A stretch of 63,507 nucleotides of DNA, counting the filler, from Neoconidiobolus thromboides FSU 785 (lineage: Eukaryota; Fungi; Entomophthoromycota), in NCBI GenBank assembly GCA_025603075.1. It is 5 parts of 5 records of this genome, joined end to end, with 100 filler letters (N's around TTAATTAATTAA, not from the genome) between each part and the next. Parts side by side here need not be neighbours in the genome. Positions count along the whole stretch, not along the records: positions 45,024 to 61,027 come from MU626594.1; 4 more parts are not named here. One strand, given 5' to 3'. The notes beneath the pieces were generated by a model. It did not search any database. It was not told the DNA's origin and saw only the letters and a list, made by a program, of their open reading frames with translations. Every line of letters starts with the position of its first letter. Position 1 is the first letter of the stretch. A program made the position numbers and the translations under genes. Below are positions 46,698 to 60,584 of this stretch, piece by piece.

Positions 46698-47646
46698 GGT
46701 TTTAAAAAAAGTTGTTTTTTCAGTTTTTTGAGCATTTACACAAAAGAGTTTTATTTTTTATATTCTGTTTTGTCTAAAATCAAATACCCAAAGTTTACCG
46801 CTTACTACTTTTGGTGCCCTAAAAGCTACTTTTTGCCATTCACATAAGCTAAGAACCTAGATTTGTGTTTAAAAAGTTTATAAGTTACTTTAGATATTTG
46901 TTTTTATTGTTTTATGTATTGATATAAGTCAATCATTAGATAGATAATCAGAATAATTTAAAAAAAATTAAAGTGATTAATTTCAAACAATTTATAAACT
47001 TCTATTTGTATTTTCTTTCAAAACATAAAACGATAAGGACTGATATTGAATGAATACCATTAATAAAAAATGATTGTAATTATAATTATTAAAATAACAA
47101 CTTTAATAGAAAATTAAATCAAAATTAAACAAAAATTGAAGGCATTGAAACATTTAGACAAAAAGCTTATAAAAATAAATTGACTTTTAAAAAGATATGC
47201 ATGCATTATCAACAATAGTGATATTATGTTAGGGAAAGAATTTATACAGATATTCATTTATGCTTCTTTTTTGAGTTATAATCAAATTAGTTACCCTTTT
47301 AATACTCAATGAAATTCTTTACTTAAATGTAGAACTTTATAATACTTTTGAAAATTAACTCATCTGAAAGAATGTTAATTTTTATTCTAAAACAAGCTTG
47401 AAGCCATCAGGATAAACCAGCCATTGGATAGCATTTATCATTTCATCAAATCAATCCACTTATATATCACTCTAGCCTCCACCTTATTTTTAACTATAGT
47501 TTCCAAATATAGAATTATAAAATTCTAAGTGTAGCTGAATGATTGGTAGAAAGAACACTATGATTTTTTAAAAGCTTATAAAAAGTAGATTATTTAGTCG
47601 AAAGTGGTTTTTTAAGTTTTATAAAAGAATTAACTAAAAAATAAAA

Positions 47647-48559
47647 ATGAGCGCTAATCCTGCTTCTCAAGTAAGTTTATAACATTAAATTAAAAATAAT
47701 CGTTGTTTATATTATATTTTAGTTTCTCGGTATCGGTCTTGTATTGGTTTTAGTCCAAGTGGTAGGTCATTAAATAATTATAATTCGTATAAATTTTATT
47801 TTATACTTTTTTATAGTCTAAAAGACTAAACCTTGAAGATCCAGCTAATTTACAGTAAGTTGAGCTCTTGTTGTTATTCAATTGGAGTTTAATATTTTTA
47901 ACTATAGATATCTTCGTATGGCCTATGCCACTTCTCAGGTGATTGTATTTTCTTTAGTATACTATATTTATACAACTATTAATGCTAAAAATGGTAAGTT
48001 TGAAACTAAATTTTAACAATTGAATAAAAACTAAAGTATACTTGTTTAGATCAAACCGAGCTTAGATATGAAGATAAAAAGCCCATGTCTCAAGAGTAAG
48101 ATAACTAGTTTGATTTGATTATAATTTTTAAATTTTTAAAGACCACCAACTGAAATTGTAACTACTGTTCAAGCATATGATTTAGGAGAATTAAGAAAAC
48201 AATTACAATCAAGTGCTATTGGTATAGCTATTTTAATGTTTATGCATCTTAAATTAGGTTATGTTCAACCATTATTTTTACAAAGTATTCTTTCAGTGAA
48301 AACTTTATTAGAATCCAATCTTTCTAAAGTTCATATTTTTGGATCAGAGCCAACTGGTGCTCTTAAACGTCCTTGGGTAGCTGCTTCTTTTTTTAATATG
48401 CCTAGTATGGATCAATCAGCAGATGAACAACCTGCTCTTCAACCTTCTGGTGTTGTAGAACTTCCTTCTGATGAAGAGGTGGAGGTTAGTAATAATAGTA
48501 CTAGTGATAAAAAAAATAAGACTAAGAAGAATAAGAATACTGCATCCTCTTCATCTTAA
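47647..48559 (+). CDS. PHO88: Pho88/Snd3 ER membrane protein, multi-exon
   Basis: First exon MSANPASQ then GT; last exons ETTVQAYDLGELRKQ...FMHLKLGYVQPLFLQSI...HIFG...GALKRPW. Confidence 0.85.
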
Positions 48560-49057
48560 AAAAATATATTAATTAGAAATTAATTTGAGTTTTGTTTCTT
48601 TAAAGTTTAATTTGTATTTTTTTATAATGTTAGTTTTTATGAGATGATAGTGAATTGTATAAGCCAACCTATTAAGTTTACTTTGTTATGTTTCAAATAT
48701 ATTCTATTCAAAAAAAAGTTGAACACTTGGACTACTTTATTAAGTATGAATTTGATAATTGAATTCCTTTTATTATATAAAAAATGACTACTTTTTTAAT
48801 TATTTTTATTGAAATGTGACTTTACAATTGTTGTAGTTATTATTAAGAAACCAAACAAATAATTTCATTTAAAGCAATTGATTCAACCTTTGTATTATAA
48901 AAATTCGAACTCATGATTTAGATTATATCATTTGTTCCTCAGTATAGCTTATAAGTGAATCATCAGGGATACTAAGCAGGTCGAAAATGTATATAAAGGC
49001 GCTTAAACATCTTATCATAATTATTTTATAAAAAAGAAAAACCAAACAATTAAAACA

Positions 49058-51156
49058 ATGACAAGTTCAACTTCCACTTTAAGACAACAACAAGAGGATG
49101 AAGAACAGATTCCTAAGCATTATAATCCTGATGAAATCCCCATCTCAGTACCAGATTTAGATCAATTATTGCCTTTCAATTCAAGGCGTTCTGATGTATT
49201 CAGTACAAATGGCATGGTCAGTTCAAGGTGAGAATTGATTTTTATATTTTGTTAATAATAGTTTTAAAATGAAGTCAACCTTTGGCTACCCAAGCTGGAC
49301 TAGAAATATTAAAATCAGGGGGTAATGCAGCAGTAAGCTTTTGTGATCTTAAAATGATAACAAAAAATTTTAATAAGATTTTTCTATAGGATGCTGCTGT
49401 AGCTACAGGTAATTTTAATTTAATTTATACTAAAAAACAATTTATTAGCTTTTATATTTATGATAATTAGCTGCTGCTTTAAATGTTACTGGTAATTTTC
49501 TATTTTATTTAATTATTTAATTATTCAGTTTCTTTATTAACATTTTAATTTCCATTATTTAAAATAGAACCTTGCTCAACAGGCATTGGTGGTGATGCTT
49601 TTTGTTTATTTTATTCAGCTAAAGATAAAAAAGTTTATGCTTTAAATGGATCTGGAAGGTAAATATGATTAAATTGGTTATAATTGAGTATTCATTATTG
49701 ATAATTAGATCGCCAAAAGCACTGACATTGGAAAAAGTACATGAAGATTTAGGGAATAAAGTTGAAGCCATACCAAGAAATTCACCACATAGTATCACTG
49801 TACCAGGAGCATGTGCTGCTATGGTAGACACAGTTAACAATTATGGATCTGGTAAATTAAATTTAGGACAGATATTTAAACCAGCTATTGAACTTGCTGA
49901 AAATGGGTACCCTGTTTCGGAAATTACTAGTGAAGGAGTAATTTTTAATTTAAATGAAATATGGTTTACTAATTTATTATTAGTGGAAATCAAGTGAGAA
50001 ATTTTTAAAACAGACTTCTCCTAATTGGGACGAAATGCTTATTGATGGTAAAGCACCTGAAGTAGGTCAAATAGTGAGTTTACCAAACTTGGCAAAAACC
50101 TATCGTAAAGTAGCTGAGCATGGTAAAGATGGGTTTTATAAAGGAGAAATAGCCAATAAAATAGTGGAATTAATACAATCTCAAGGGGGTGTTATGACTT
50201 TAGAAGATTTAGCATCTCATCAATCTGAACAAGTAGAACCTATTCATTATGATTATAAAGGAATAAAGTTATATGAATGTCCACCTAATGGGCAAGGTAT
50301 AACAGCATTAATAGCTCTTGGTATAATTGATGAATTAGAAAAACAAAACAAAATTCATGAATTAAATAAAATGGAACCCAATTCACCAGAATATTTACAT
50401 ATCTTAATTGAAGCTTTAAGAATTGCATTTGCTGATACAAGACATCATGTTACAGATCCAGATTTTTATAAATTACCAGCATCAAGTTTATTATCAAAAG
50501 AATATTTATATAAACGTTGCCGTTTGTTTAATCCAACAAAAGCAGCAGTAGATATTAAAGAAGGCAGTCCAATCAATCAATCAAATACTGTCTATTTAAC
50601 TGTTGTAGATAAAGAAGGTAATGCATGCTCATTCATAATGTCTAATTTTGCTGGTTTTGGTAGTGGTAAAATACCTAAAGGATGCGGATTTACATTGCAA
50701 AATCGAGGAACTAGTTTTTCGTTGAATCCAAAATCTCCCAATAAATTAGAAGCTAATAAACGCCCTTATCATACTATTATACCTGCATTAGCTACAAAAG
50801 GAGAAGAACTATGGTTAAGTTTTGGTGTCATGGGTGGATTTATGCAACCTCAAGGACATTTACAAGTATTGTTAAATTTAATATTACGACAATTTAAGCC
50901 ACAGAAAGCATTAGATTTTTCTAGATTTTGTATTTCGCCAGATGATGGTATAATCTACATTGAAGCTGGTGTTTCTTTAGAAACGGTTAATAAATTAAAA
51001 GAATTAGGTCATAAAGTTATTATTTTATACGGTTATCCTAGAAAAATGTTTGGTAGGGGTCAAATTATTCAAGTAGAAAAAGATCAAAAGACTGGTAAAA
51101 GAGTTCTTATGGCAGGTTCAGATCCAAGAGCTGATGGTCAAGCGGCTGGGTTTTGA
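49058..51156 (+). CDS. ggt: Gamma-glutamyltranspeptidase family protein (Ntn hydrolase), multi-exon
   Basis: [45 protein letters not shown], catalytic-Thr motif [39 protein letters not shown]. Confidence 0.92.
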
Positions 51157-51610
51157 TTAAACAAATGAATAAAATCAATGTTTTTTAAAATGAATTTTAT
51201 TACATTTTCTGTTTCAACTTTTAAGATATCAGATTAATTTAAATTGTATTTTATGGAGTAAATCCCATAGTTTTTGCTGAAAAATAAATAACAAGTTATA
51301 CAGTACGTTACTATACAGTATTAAAATAAGCTATGTACTTATATTTTTATTACATGATTCAATCTAATGTAAATAATTAAGATAGTATTTTTATATACAA
51401 AATTTAAACAATGTAAGCCAAAATTATATGCATTCTTAATTTTATACTAACACCTATTTCATAATTATTTAAAAATAATAAAGCTATACAATAAATTAAC
51501 GACCAATGTAAAATACCAATAAAAGTCAAACTTTCCCATTTTACATTAACTTACAAAAAAGCAAATAAAAATATAAACCAAGTGTTACCCAATTCCATTA
51601 TTCTATTTTT

Positions 51611-52135
51611 TTAATGAGCTAAGAATTTACGTCCTTTTTTCATACGACGTAAAATAACCCTTCTACCATCTTTGGTACGGATACGATGTAAAAAGCCATG
51701 TTTACGTTTTCTTTTTAAATTACTGGGTTGATATTCATTACCATAAGTAACTGTACGTACTTGTTGTAATGGGAAAGTTGGGAGGCTATAAAAGGGTAAA
51801 ATATTAGTTTTGGTTTAAAAGGAAAATTAATGTTAGAATTGTTTATAAAAGTTCAAAGTTTAAAGATAGAACCCAAAACTTGATTAAAGTGGATTGAAAA
51901 TAGCTTACCTTGATCCTAAGTTATTATTACCTAATATACTTGTTCTTCCTAATAATGGTCGATTGATCAATAAAGAACTAAAAATTTAAAATTTAATTAT
52001 CTTATTAAACCTTCCTTCTCACTTTTTTACTTACCTACTCAAAAAACCTCTTGTTGGTATCAATGTTTTAGCCATTGATATATTAGATGTCATCTTCACC
52101 CCATTGAAAGCAGTTCTAAATAGATTGGTTAACAT
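51611..52135 (-). CDS. MRPL34: Mitochondrial ribosomal protein L34 (bL34m), multi-exon
   Basis: Last exon [47 protein letters not shown]; presequence-like N-terminus [14 protein letters not shown]. Confidence 0.9.
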
Positions 52136-52471
52136 TTTGGAATATTGAATTTTTATTCTATTGATGAATGAAATTTAAAGCTTTTAAATTTTTCGGGATT
52201 TGAGAGATTAAGCTTACTTTTTTGCACTTTTAATATAGTGCAAATATTGCAAAAGCATCAGATGAAGGTTGAGCAGGAAGTAAGAAATGAACAACGCTTT
52301 TAATGAATTATAATGACTTGATAGTTTAATAAAGAGGTAATATGAATATAAGGTTTTCAAAACAGCTATCAAAAGAATTAAAAAAATAGCAAAAAAGGAC
52401 AATACTAGTAAAAAAACATCCCCATATTTTTGGTTATTTTGCTAGCATTCTATATTTTTAAAAATAACATA

Positions 52472-52574
52472 ATATAGGGATGTATTTTTGTATTTAAAGA
52501 TTTTACTAACAATTTTCCCAGTTAAATAGTGCTTAAAAGATGGAAAAAGTGAAGTTAAAGAAACATTCCCATAT
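52472..52574 (+). mobile_element. MITE-like element copy
   Basis: ATATAGGGATG...ACATTCCCATAT, between the L34 and GatA genes. Confidence 0.8.
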
Positions 52575-52904
52575 AGTAGTTAATTTAAATTTAGAAATTA
52601 ATTAATCAGTACTTTATTCAAGCTTTGGGTATGTGTTAACTAACTATTCATAATAAAAATTGAATTAATAAACTTTAAATCAACATGATTGAGCAAATAA
52701 TTGGTTATAAAAGTCATCGCTTTTCAGCGTACATTCGAACTTGAACAGCTTACATTGTTAATTTCTAAATTTTAAATTAACAACAAAAAATGATAATTAG
52801 TAATAATATTCCCATATGTAATAAATTTTAAATAAAAATAAAAATAAACAAAATCCTAATTTTAATATTAGACTCTATTTTTTAATCATCTGCTTCTACT
52901 ATTT

Positions 52905-54694
52905 CTAATTATATAATAACTGACAAAACTCTTCCGCTGCATTTAATACTTGTTTATCATTACCTCTTTGTCCAACTAATTGTAAACCAATAGGGCCCAT
53001 TTTATTACTATTACTAAAAGGTACACTAATAGCAGGTAAACCTAAAAAAATATAAATTAAATCCCAAATTAAATGAAAAACTATAAAAACTGACCAGCTA
53101 GGGAAGAAGGGGTAGTAAATACATCATTTAAATAAGAATAAGCTGGTAGTGCGGTGGATAGATCTTTTATAGATGGCGCTTTTGAAAAAGCAGTTGGGGA
53201 TAAGATTAAATCACAATTTAAAAAGGCTGAATTAAAATCATTGACTACTAAAGTACGTATCTTTTGTGCTTTTTTAAAATAAGCCTCAAAGGAACTAAAA
53301 AATAGAGTAAAAAAATATACTTAAATTAGTTTAAACTCAAATTTACCCTTTACTCAAAATATGAGTACCTAATATAATCCTTTTTTTAACTTCATCGTTA
53401 AACCCAATTTCTCGATTATGTCGAATTTTTTGATCAAAACTACCCTCCATATCTTCTTGACAGTAGCCAAATTCAACTCCATCATATTTTGCTAAATTAG
53501 AAGATGCTTCTGCTAATGCAATAATATAATAAGCAGAAAGAGCATATTTTGTATGTTTTAAATCAATATTAATTACTTTCACCCCATTATCTTGTAATAA
53601 TTGAATACTTTTATCCCAAGCAAAATTTACTTCTTCATCTATTTCTTTTAAATAATATTGATTTGGTATACCAATTACTATATCCTTTAACTTTTTATTC
53701 TCTTTTTTCTCTTTTTTAGAATAATCAATACTACTTTGATCCCTTTGATCTTGTCCCTTAATTACTTCAAATATATTTTTCACTGAATTAACACTTCTTC
53801 CCATAACCCCAATTGTATCTAATGAACTTGCATAAGGTATTAAACCATATCTAGATATCATACCATATGATGGTTTAAATCCAATAATTCCACAATAGGA
53901 GGCAGGTAAGCGAACAGACCCACCAGTATCTGAACCCAATGCCCTATAGAAGTAAATAATAGGTTTATGAAGGAGATAAAGATGTTTATTTTAAATAACT
54001 TACGCATAACACATACCACTTTTTACAGCTGCTGCACTACCACCGGAACTTCCTCCAGGGGAATGGGTATTTGTAGTATAAGAAGGATGAGGGTTCACTA
54101 CTTGACCAAAATAACTGGTTTGATTGTTAGAACTGGAGGAGAAGGAATTAGATGAGTGAAATTTAATATCAACAGCTAATTTATATATGACTTACCCCAT
54201 CCCAAATTCATCCATATTTGTTTTACCAATGATTTTTACATTATGATTTAGTAATTTTTCGATTACAGTGGCATTATAAGTGGGTATAAAATCTAAAATT
54301 GGTTGATTAATAATTGTCAATTATCAAATTAAATGAACTCAACAAAAATGAATAAACTACTTACCTTTTAACATTAGAGATCCACAAGTAGTTGGATATC
54401 CTTTAGTACATATATTGTCTTTTATGGCGATGGCTAATCCATTTAAATCAAAACTAAAATCTGTTGTTTGAGTTGGTTTACATATATATCTTATGAATAG
54501 ATTAAGTTACCGTTTTCAAGTCTATCAGTTATAAATGATGTTTCTGCGGTGTTAATAGAAGTGAATGCATTATAGTGCTTGTTCCAAGATTGTAAGTCAG
54601 TGAGGCTGAGATGTTTTCTAGATGTTGAGGTTAAAGTGCTATGCCGTCTTAACATACTTTGTAGTATTAGTGTAGACTTTGAGATTGATTTCAT
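52905..54694 (-). CDS. gatA: Glutamyl-tRNA(Gln) amidotransferase subunit A, mitochondrial, multi-exon
   Basis: Amidase signature: [93 protein letters not shown]; stop traced to 52905-52907. Confidence 0.92.
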
Positions 54695-55804
54695 TGTTAA
54701 TATTCCTTATGAAATTATAAAGTGATGAAATTGAGTTTTATAATGATAAAATTAAAATAATCAAAAGATTCAAGTTTTTTAATACGAAAAGAAAGCTAAA
54801 ATATAAGTTACAAATTAAATATAAAATAAGCAGTTAGATTGACTTTATTGTGATTAATCAGCTTAATAAAATAATAAAATAATAAACACCAATGCTTACA
54901 TTTGAGATTTCAATTATATTTTAACAAATAATCTAGTATCCTTCACCTAACTCAATCAAATAAATATCAAAAAAACTACAAGTTAGACGGGCCCATCTCT
55001 TCTCTCCTTTTCTCAAATCAATTTACTCCTGTATTTCACCCAAAATAAAATTTCAAATGCAAAGAAAATTCTAAATTATTATAACCCCAACAGAGTCTCA
55101 GTTTATGCTTTCTTTTTTTCTGCATTAAATTCTTCTCTAATCAGCGACCATGCTGTTGTTAAGAATTTGTTTTTTAATATTCGTTTTATTAGTCAAATTC
55201 AAATTACTATCCATATCCACATTGCAATGAATTAATTCAAATATTTTATAAAAATTGTTACTTACATTCTTAGCTTAACAGTAAACTAATCAAGTTTATC
55301 AAATTTTATAGCTAGATTAAATTTCATTGATAGATTTCTACCTTATTGTTGGATGATTTACTATCTTAATGATTTTCTATAGCTAAAGTGGTGTTGCAAT
55401 GAGGCTATGGTTGAATCTTGTGTTTTAATAAAAAACAGTTATTTTTTTCTTTCATTAGTTTAATAGTAAACTAGTAAATTTTAGTGAACATCAATCTATA
55501 TTAAATGCCAATAATTCAAAGTGTGATATCAAATTTGACTGACCTTACTTTAAGACATTGGAATACCAAAATAAAAAATTATAATAAAAAACAAATATAA
55601 TAAATTTTTTATAGATTTTTTAATAAGAATATAAAATTAATTTTTCAAAAAAGCAGAATAGGAAGAAGTTATTTTCTTAAGCTTAAAAACAATTCAAATG
55701 ACAAGAGAGATAGAAAAATGTTAAAATAAAGTTTAAATTAATGAGAAAACCAAATATTTAGATCCAGTGGCTTTAAAATATGTACTTAAAATTAACCATT
55801 TCAC

Positions 55805-56920
55805 TTAGTAACGCATTGATGAGAACATCGCTTCATTACGCTGTCTTTGTAATTTAGCCTGTGCCCTAGCTTGTGCTTGATTAGCATGTTGTTGACGCAA
55901 AAATAACGATTGTTGGAGTGCAATTTCGGGTGCTGATTGTATAGAATGATGATATTGAACTTGTCTTTGTGGTATATGATTGGTACTACTTCCCATCGCT
56001 GGGTTACTAAATTGTGGTAATGATTGGGCGGACATTTGATATGCTTGTCGGTACATTCCATTTTGCCTCATAAAGTTGGCATTCATGCCTTCTCCATTGA
56101 AACTATTATGTCCTGAGTTTTGAGATGATAAAGAAGCGAGTGAGTTAGAAAGTGTCGGTGCATATAAACTTTGGCTGATCATAAAATTTTGTGATGGATC
56201 AAAAGTACCATTCTCATCGACATTGGCTGGTAAATTATTGAATGTATTTCCGTTATCATACATAGTGTTTGAGCTTGCAAGGTAAGTGTCAAACTCAACT
56301 TGATGCATAAAGCCATCGTAATTACTATAATCGGAAATAAAGCTTCCAGAGTCTACTGAGTTACGTCCAACAGGTGTATTTTGTGCCCAATTTGGATTAG
56401 CAAATGGTTGGTTGGAGGCCCATGCTTGCATATCCATATCAATTCCATTTGGATTAGTTGCATTTACACCATCTTGAATATGGCAACCGCTATCAACAGT
56501 GTACACTGATTTAGCATCCACATTTTGAGTGGTGTCATCTTGATTAATGGCGTTACCATTTAAGCCATTGACTTGCTCTGATTTAACTTCTGATTTATCA
56601 AATCTCATAACACCACAACCGGGTTCTTCAGCAATGACAGGCGGCTTCCATTGGAATACATGTTCAGCTAATGGTTCACCAGCAAGCTTAGCTTTAGCAC
56701 GACGGTTTTGAAACCAAATGGTAACAGTACGATAAGGTAAATCGATTTTTTTGGAAATTTCTTCCTGTATTTCTTTACATGGTCTTGGATTCGTTTTGAA
56801 AAGTACCTCCAACTCATTATTTTGAGTGGTAGAGATACGGTATCTCTTTTTAGAGTCACAAGAGCTTGAAGTGGACTTGGATTTAATTTTATTTGGGAGT
56901 AAGCTGTTGAGGCCAAACAT
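55805..56920 (-). CDS. Homeobox transcription factor
   Basis: KKRYRISTTQNNELEVLFKTNPRP...ISKKIDLPYRTVTIWFQNRRAKAK; Q/N-rich C-terminus; 371 aa. Confidence 0.92.
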   Translation of the reverse strand: MFGLNSLLPNKIKSKSTSSSCDSKKRYRISTTQNNELEVLFKTNPRPCKEIQEEISKKIDLPYRTVTIWFQNRRAKAKLAGEPLAEHVFQWKPPVIAEEPGCGVMRFDKSEVKSEQVNGLNGNAINQDDTTQNVDAKSVYTVDSGCHIQDGVNATNPNGIDMDMQAWASNQPFANPNWAQNTPVGRNSVDSGSFISDYSNYDGFMHQVEFDTYLASSNTMYDNGNTFNNLPANVDENGTFDPSQNFMISQSLYAPTLSNSLASLSSQNSGHNSFNGEGMNANFMRQNGMYRQAYQMSAQSLPQFSNPAMGSSTNHIPQRQVQYHHSIQSAPEIALQQSLFLRQQHANQAQARAQAKLQRQRNEAMFSSMRY

Positions 56921-59489
56921 GATAATTAGATATAAACAGGATGAGGTAAAAAAATATTTAGAGCTGATTCATCTAAGGATGAAAAAATAGGTCTATTTAA
57001 ATGAATTAAATTACTAGAGATAAAATCTTAAGGAAGATGAAGGTTTAATTTTAAGAAAGAAATGGATTCAAATTTTTTACCAAATAAAAATTTATTGTGA
57101 AAATGCTAAATTATTAATAGAACAGCCAATTAAATTTATTCTTGTACTTTTATCATTTTGTGCTTAAAATGACTTAAATTTAGTTCACCCAACTACTTTT
57201 GGTATCAAAATAGTTGGATTAATAATGTGACAAGAAACTTTAAGCTATATATAACTCAGCCACAATGTTGTCCACATTCTGTCTTTTAAAAAACGTATCT
57301 GACTTTCCCCGAGTATGTCAAGTAAATGCTTATTTATACGATAAAAGAACTGAGTAATTTTCACAATTTTATTGATTATTTATAATATTGTTAAAACCTC
57401 AAAGAACTATAATCTAATTAAAAGGAGTCAGCGCCAAGGAATAATACGTTATGAAATCATTTTATATTTAAAGTATTTTGTCTACCATATTTAGAAATCG
57501 GACGCGCTTTTGATTCATTAATTTTATAAAAATAGCCCAGCTTATTATTATAGCTGCCAAATATATACTTCTATTCTAATTATATTATATTTATGAATTT
57601 CGGTTAATCTGTATATAGAGTGGTAGGTAATTAAATAAACTATATTATCAATTAGATACTATAGTAATATCCAAACCAAAAGATTAAAATTGTTTATAGT
57701 TATAACCTTCGTTTCAGCTGGAAACTAATTGATATTAGTTTAACTTGAGTTATATCATACTTTGTTTCTATAACTGGGCTTATTTCAATAAATGTTCAAT
57801 TTTTAAGCCGAAATAAATTGGGTTTAGGCAAAAATTATAAATGAAGACCTTGATCATCATACTGATATGACATGTAATATTTATTTTATTTTAAACACAG
57901 GGTATTGATCATTTATAAAAAACGATCAGAAATTGTTATATTAAGTTCTAGTTAGAAGTGTTTTTTCATAATGTTTAAACTTCAAATTTTAGTAAATTAA
58001 AAGGATTCTAAATGTAGCTATTTATATTAAATATAATAATTATTAAATACGCCAATAAAAAACAAAAGTAAGACTTCAATAAAATGAGGTTTATAATGTA
58101 AGAAATTGGATTTTATAACATTAATCTTTACTATTTCATCTTTTTTTTCTTTTGAGTCTCTAAACTTCTTTTGAATAGGCCTTTTAACAATTTTCTTGAC
58201 ACAGTTTATAAACTCAAAGAAGAGAAGGATATCATTGTGGATAAATTAGTTGCACAAAATCCCGAATCTCATAAGAATAATCAATTCTCAAATTATAATA
58301 ACGATCAAGAAGACATTTAATAATTTAAATGTGACTAATCATAAATTACAATTAACTATAAACTGCAATCATACTTGAAATATCACTGTTTTGACATATT
58401 ATCTCTTTATAGATGATTCTAAGAGAAGTCCCTGATAGTATACGATTTCAACCACGCTATGAAAATTTTGGTTATTGTAAATAAAATAATCTAGCTTTTT
58501 TCACTAAGACCAATTTAGTCTAACAGTTAACATCGGCTTAAAGTGAATGCGTAAGAGCCTGGTAAAAATATGGTGCAAAAACTGTTGATTAAATCAAGTG
58601 CTTAAGAATAACAGGTTTAAAAAAAGAGGGACACCTGATCAAATATTTTTGCCAGAATGGTATAAAATTGAAATTATAGTTATATTTAATTTAAGATTTA
58701 AAGTTTTTTAATAATGGTTGAATTTCTGTATCGAGGTTTTCTTATGTTAACAAATAATATTATGTAAAGATAGAACTTTTACATTGTTCTAAGTTTATTA
58801 TTTAGCTAATAGTTTGACAAACACAAAGTTTTTTCAACTGGGTTTATGACTATGTTTTAACAAATTTTAACCCATTTTGTCAATCCATCTGTGGTATCTT
58901 CAAGTTTTAATAATGGACGAATACCCTTTATTATATAAAACTATATACCGCTTATTTCATATAGCCCTAAATGCCCCCTTCTCATTTATATTTTTATGAA
59001 AACATGTGATGGTAATAATTAAGGTTTGATGAAAGGTGGGAAATAGTATTTGTGACTTTGACTAAAAGCAATGGTATTTATTGAACATAAAATGACTTAA
59101 CAAGTTCTTAGTACAAAGAATTCGCTTTTGCGCTTATACTAACAAAAAGTGTATTACTACTCCAATTCACTCTTTTGGTTTGCCTTTTTTAGTGGAGTTT
59201 AATTATTTTATGATAGTCTCTTTGTGCTTTGATAAACATGCTTAAACGCTGTTAATTCAGCTCTCTATTTTAAATCGAGCTATTCAGTTCTTGTAAATAT
59301 TGTTAGCATTATAGTTAAATTGTGAACTCTTTTTGTCATAATAGGTAGTTTCTGAAGCATATGTCTTTAAAAAATTGATAACCAACATTTTTTAAAACCT
59401 ATTCATTATCTTCATATACTTTAATGAAGACATTTCAAAATATATGTATAAACTATACTACAAGAAATTTTCTTAGAAAACAAAAGTGC

Positions 59490-59573
59490 TTATTCAAGAA
59501 TTTTGTTAACAATCTTTCTGCTCAAATAGCACTTAAAAAATGGAAAAACAAAACCAAAAAAGTATTCCCATAT
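59490..59573 (+). mobile_element. MITE-like element, 5'-degenerate
   Basis: aagaattttgttaacaatctttctgctcaaatagcac...attcccatat. Confidence 0.7.
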
Positions 59574-59719
59574 GATGCTCCTTTTTAGAAAATGTTTGAA
59601 AGAACTACATCTAAAATGTAATGCTAATGTTAACCAAATTCTTTCTAGAAATCAAAAATAGCTGAGATAGGATTGTATATTCTGAGGTAGTCTCTAACAC
59701 AACTTATACTCCTTAAGAC

Positions 59720-59990
59720 AATATCAGCGGGTACTGATGGTGAACTTTGTTCGATAAATGCTTGATCACCAGTATCAACTTAGCACAAACCTTTAACTCT
59801 TTTTTATCTGTGGCATAAAACTGGGGTTTAATGTAATTTAGACTATATCTACTTATATTTAGCAGTGTTATATACTAAGACTTCAATTTCTAAAAGGAAT
59901 GTAAACTGTTATCATCAATATAAGTAGTAGCCTATCTAGCAAATTTAAGAACTTCTATTTGACCCAGAATATTTATTAATATGAAGTTTA
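59720..59990 (-). mobile_element. Possible degenerate reverse-transcriptase relic
   Basis: Minus frame INILGQIEVLKFAR*ATTYIDDNSLHS, containing a YIDD motif amid stop codons; by-eye only. Confidence 0.25.
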
Positions 59991-59997
59991 ATACAAT

Positions 59998-60103
59998 ATA
60001 TGGGGATATTTTTTTAGCTTCATTACTTTTTCCACTCTTTAAGTACTATTTAAGCGGAAACTTTATTAGTAAAATTCTTAAACATAAAAATACACCCCCA
60101 TAT
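59998..60103 (-). mobile_element. MITE-like element copy
   Basis: ATATGGGGATA...ACACCCCCATAT. Confidence 0.8.
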
Positions 60104-60584
60104 ATTTTACATCAAATCAAAAAACATTAGCCTTTTGAAAAATTAGCTATATAACAAAAGTGTTAGATGAGGATGTATTTAAGGATTTAAGGATTTTACT
60201 AATAATTAGAAGTAATTTATTTGCCAAGACATTTAAAAAGTATACAATAAACTTTAAAATTCAACATACATTAAAAGAAAAGACCTATAGTTAACCTTTA
60301 GAACATACTGACTTTTGAAAAGTATAATCATAGTTAGCTCTTTAAAGCAAAAATAGTGATATATTTCCCATAGCTTTTAATATTTGACTAGTAAATTAAA
60401 AGAACTAAATTTAATCGATTGGAAATACTTAGTGTCCCGCTGGTTAAATATATATTTTTTCGCAAAGATGTATTATAGGCGTTGGTAGGCTAACAGGACT
60501 ATAAAGGTTGATCAAGAGACTTATTACAAATATGATGAAAAAAAATATCGAATAGTATTATTATAATATGATAGGTTAGTTTGG

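Noticed and set aside
46383-46847. ORFs 46383-46574 and 46599-46847
   Set aside because: The second is largely a MITE read in frame, and neither has protein-like features
51611-54694. Adjacent mitochondrial-translation genes (L34, GatA) as a functional cluster
   Set aside because: Two genes only, and a MITE lies between them; chance adjacency cannot be excluded
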